Part shown: one piece after another, positions 63,385 to 64,000 of the stretch
Numbering within the stretch: position 1 is the stretch's first letter
Layout of the letters: every line of letters begins with the position of its first letter
NCBI GenBank assembly: GCA_030647195.1
Contig: JAUSKD010000003.1
Location: forward strand, 28,724-92,723
Origin: Candidatus Peribacter sp.
GTDB lineage: Bacteria; Patescibacteriota; Gracilibacteria; Peribacterales; Peribacteraceae
Direction of reading: 5' to 3'
Length of the DNA: 64,000 bases
Made by a program: the position numbers and the translations under genes
Notes under the pieces: generated by a model
What the model was told of the DNA's origin: nothing
What the model saw: the letters and a program-made list of their open reading frames with translations, nothing else
Database searches by the model: none

Positions 63385-63999
63385 TCACTTTCCGGGGACG
63401 GCCGCATCTGCGAATACGACCAGCCGTTCGCTGTAGTTTTTTCGAGCTGCATCCCAGGTTCCGCTGCAGGTCACCAGATTCAGATATCTTCCGTCATTCT
63501 TCTGAAAGAGATCAGGAGCGTACTCATTGGGCTGAAACGTACGAATTTCCCGTACAATAAAAGGAAGAGTCTTTCCTTTGTTCGTCTCGACAGACAGAAC
63601 GTCCCCCTTGCGCAATTTGTCCAAATGCTGAAACACTGCCGTTTTTCCGCCATACCAGTCCAGATGCCCGGCCAGCACGGCGCTGCCCTTCTCTCCCGGC
63701 TTTGACCCAAGATCGTACCATCCCACATTGTCAGGATTGCTGGGCACATCCATGACCCCCGTTGATGTCAAACCAACGGGCTCGATAACGGCATCCACGT
63801 TGATGCGCGGAATCTTCAGACGTACAGGGGGATCTGCATTCTCTTTGAGTTGTTGCAGGAAAGCGGTTCTCTGCACGAATTTCTGCGCGACTGCCTGCAG
63901 ATCCGATCGAAGAGCGGGTTCATGAAGCTGGCACGTGGATGCACATCCTATGTTAGCGATCAAAAGCAGCGCCGCCCTTGAGAGAATTTCTATAGACAT
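63385..63999 (-). CDS. Sortase family transpeptidase (class E/F-like)
   Basis: AVLAGHLDW (catalytic His region) and NLVTCSG (TLxTC-type catalytic Cys), with an N-terminal anchor. Confidence 0.7.
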   Translation of the reverse strand: MSIEILSRAALLLIANIGCASTCQLHEPALRSDLQAVAQKFVQRTAFLQQLKENADPPVRLKIPRINVDAVIEPVGLTSTGVMDVPSNPDNVGWYDLGSKPGEKGSAVLAGHLDWYGGKTAVFQHLDKLRKGDVLSVETNKGKTLPFIVREIRTFQPNEYAPDLFQKNDGRYLNLVTCSGTWDAARKNYSERLVVFADAAVPGK

Positions 64000-64000
64000 T

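Overview
This is a 64-kb stretch of a GC-rich bacterial chromosome; hand-counted sample lines give about 55-70% G+C. It is densely packed with housekeeping genes: alaS, ileS, uvrA, rel, typA, a class A PBP, ribE/ribH/ribBA, an archaeal-type PEP carboxylase and an AspC-like aminotransferase. There is also an envelope set of four SLH-domain proteins, a sortase and lipoproteins. Three small-RNA genes are present: tmRNA, tRNA-Arg(UCG) and a split tRNA-Asn(GUU). Two AT-rich insertions sit exactly at the 3' ends of tRNA-Asn and tmRNA. The left one (1-2628, truncated by the window edge) carries a large serine recombinase. The ssrA-linked one (19347-27031; a sampled line gives about 37% G+C) has no integrase. 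It carries a Type III R-M operon (mod-res) surrounded by three uncharacterised nuclease-like genes: an Rx4H HEPN-like protein, a DUF3223-like/HNH-like protein and a DUF2130-like zinc-ribbon/coiled-coil/PD-(D/E)xK protein. This island is my best candidate for an undescribed multi-gene defence module. Other notable observations follow. (1) tRNA-Asn is interrupted in its anticodon by a group I intron with recognisable P/Q/R/S core elements and an HNH endonuclease ORF. (2) IleRS carries two inserted histidine-phosphatase (RHGE) domains inside its catalytic core. (3) A full-length Rel/SpoT enzyme is fused to a 10-TM EamA-like domain. (4) Families of heptanucleotide tandem repeats form inverted arrays in intergenic DNA and also occur in frame inside ileS and uvrA. 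(5) REP-like hairpins have a conserved loop but variable stems. (6) -10 boxes recur 6-11 nt upstream of start codons with no Shine-Dalgarno, suggesting leaderless mRNAs. No rRNA or CRISPR array was seen. All homology calls come from motif recognition by eye, with no database search.
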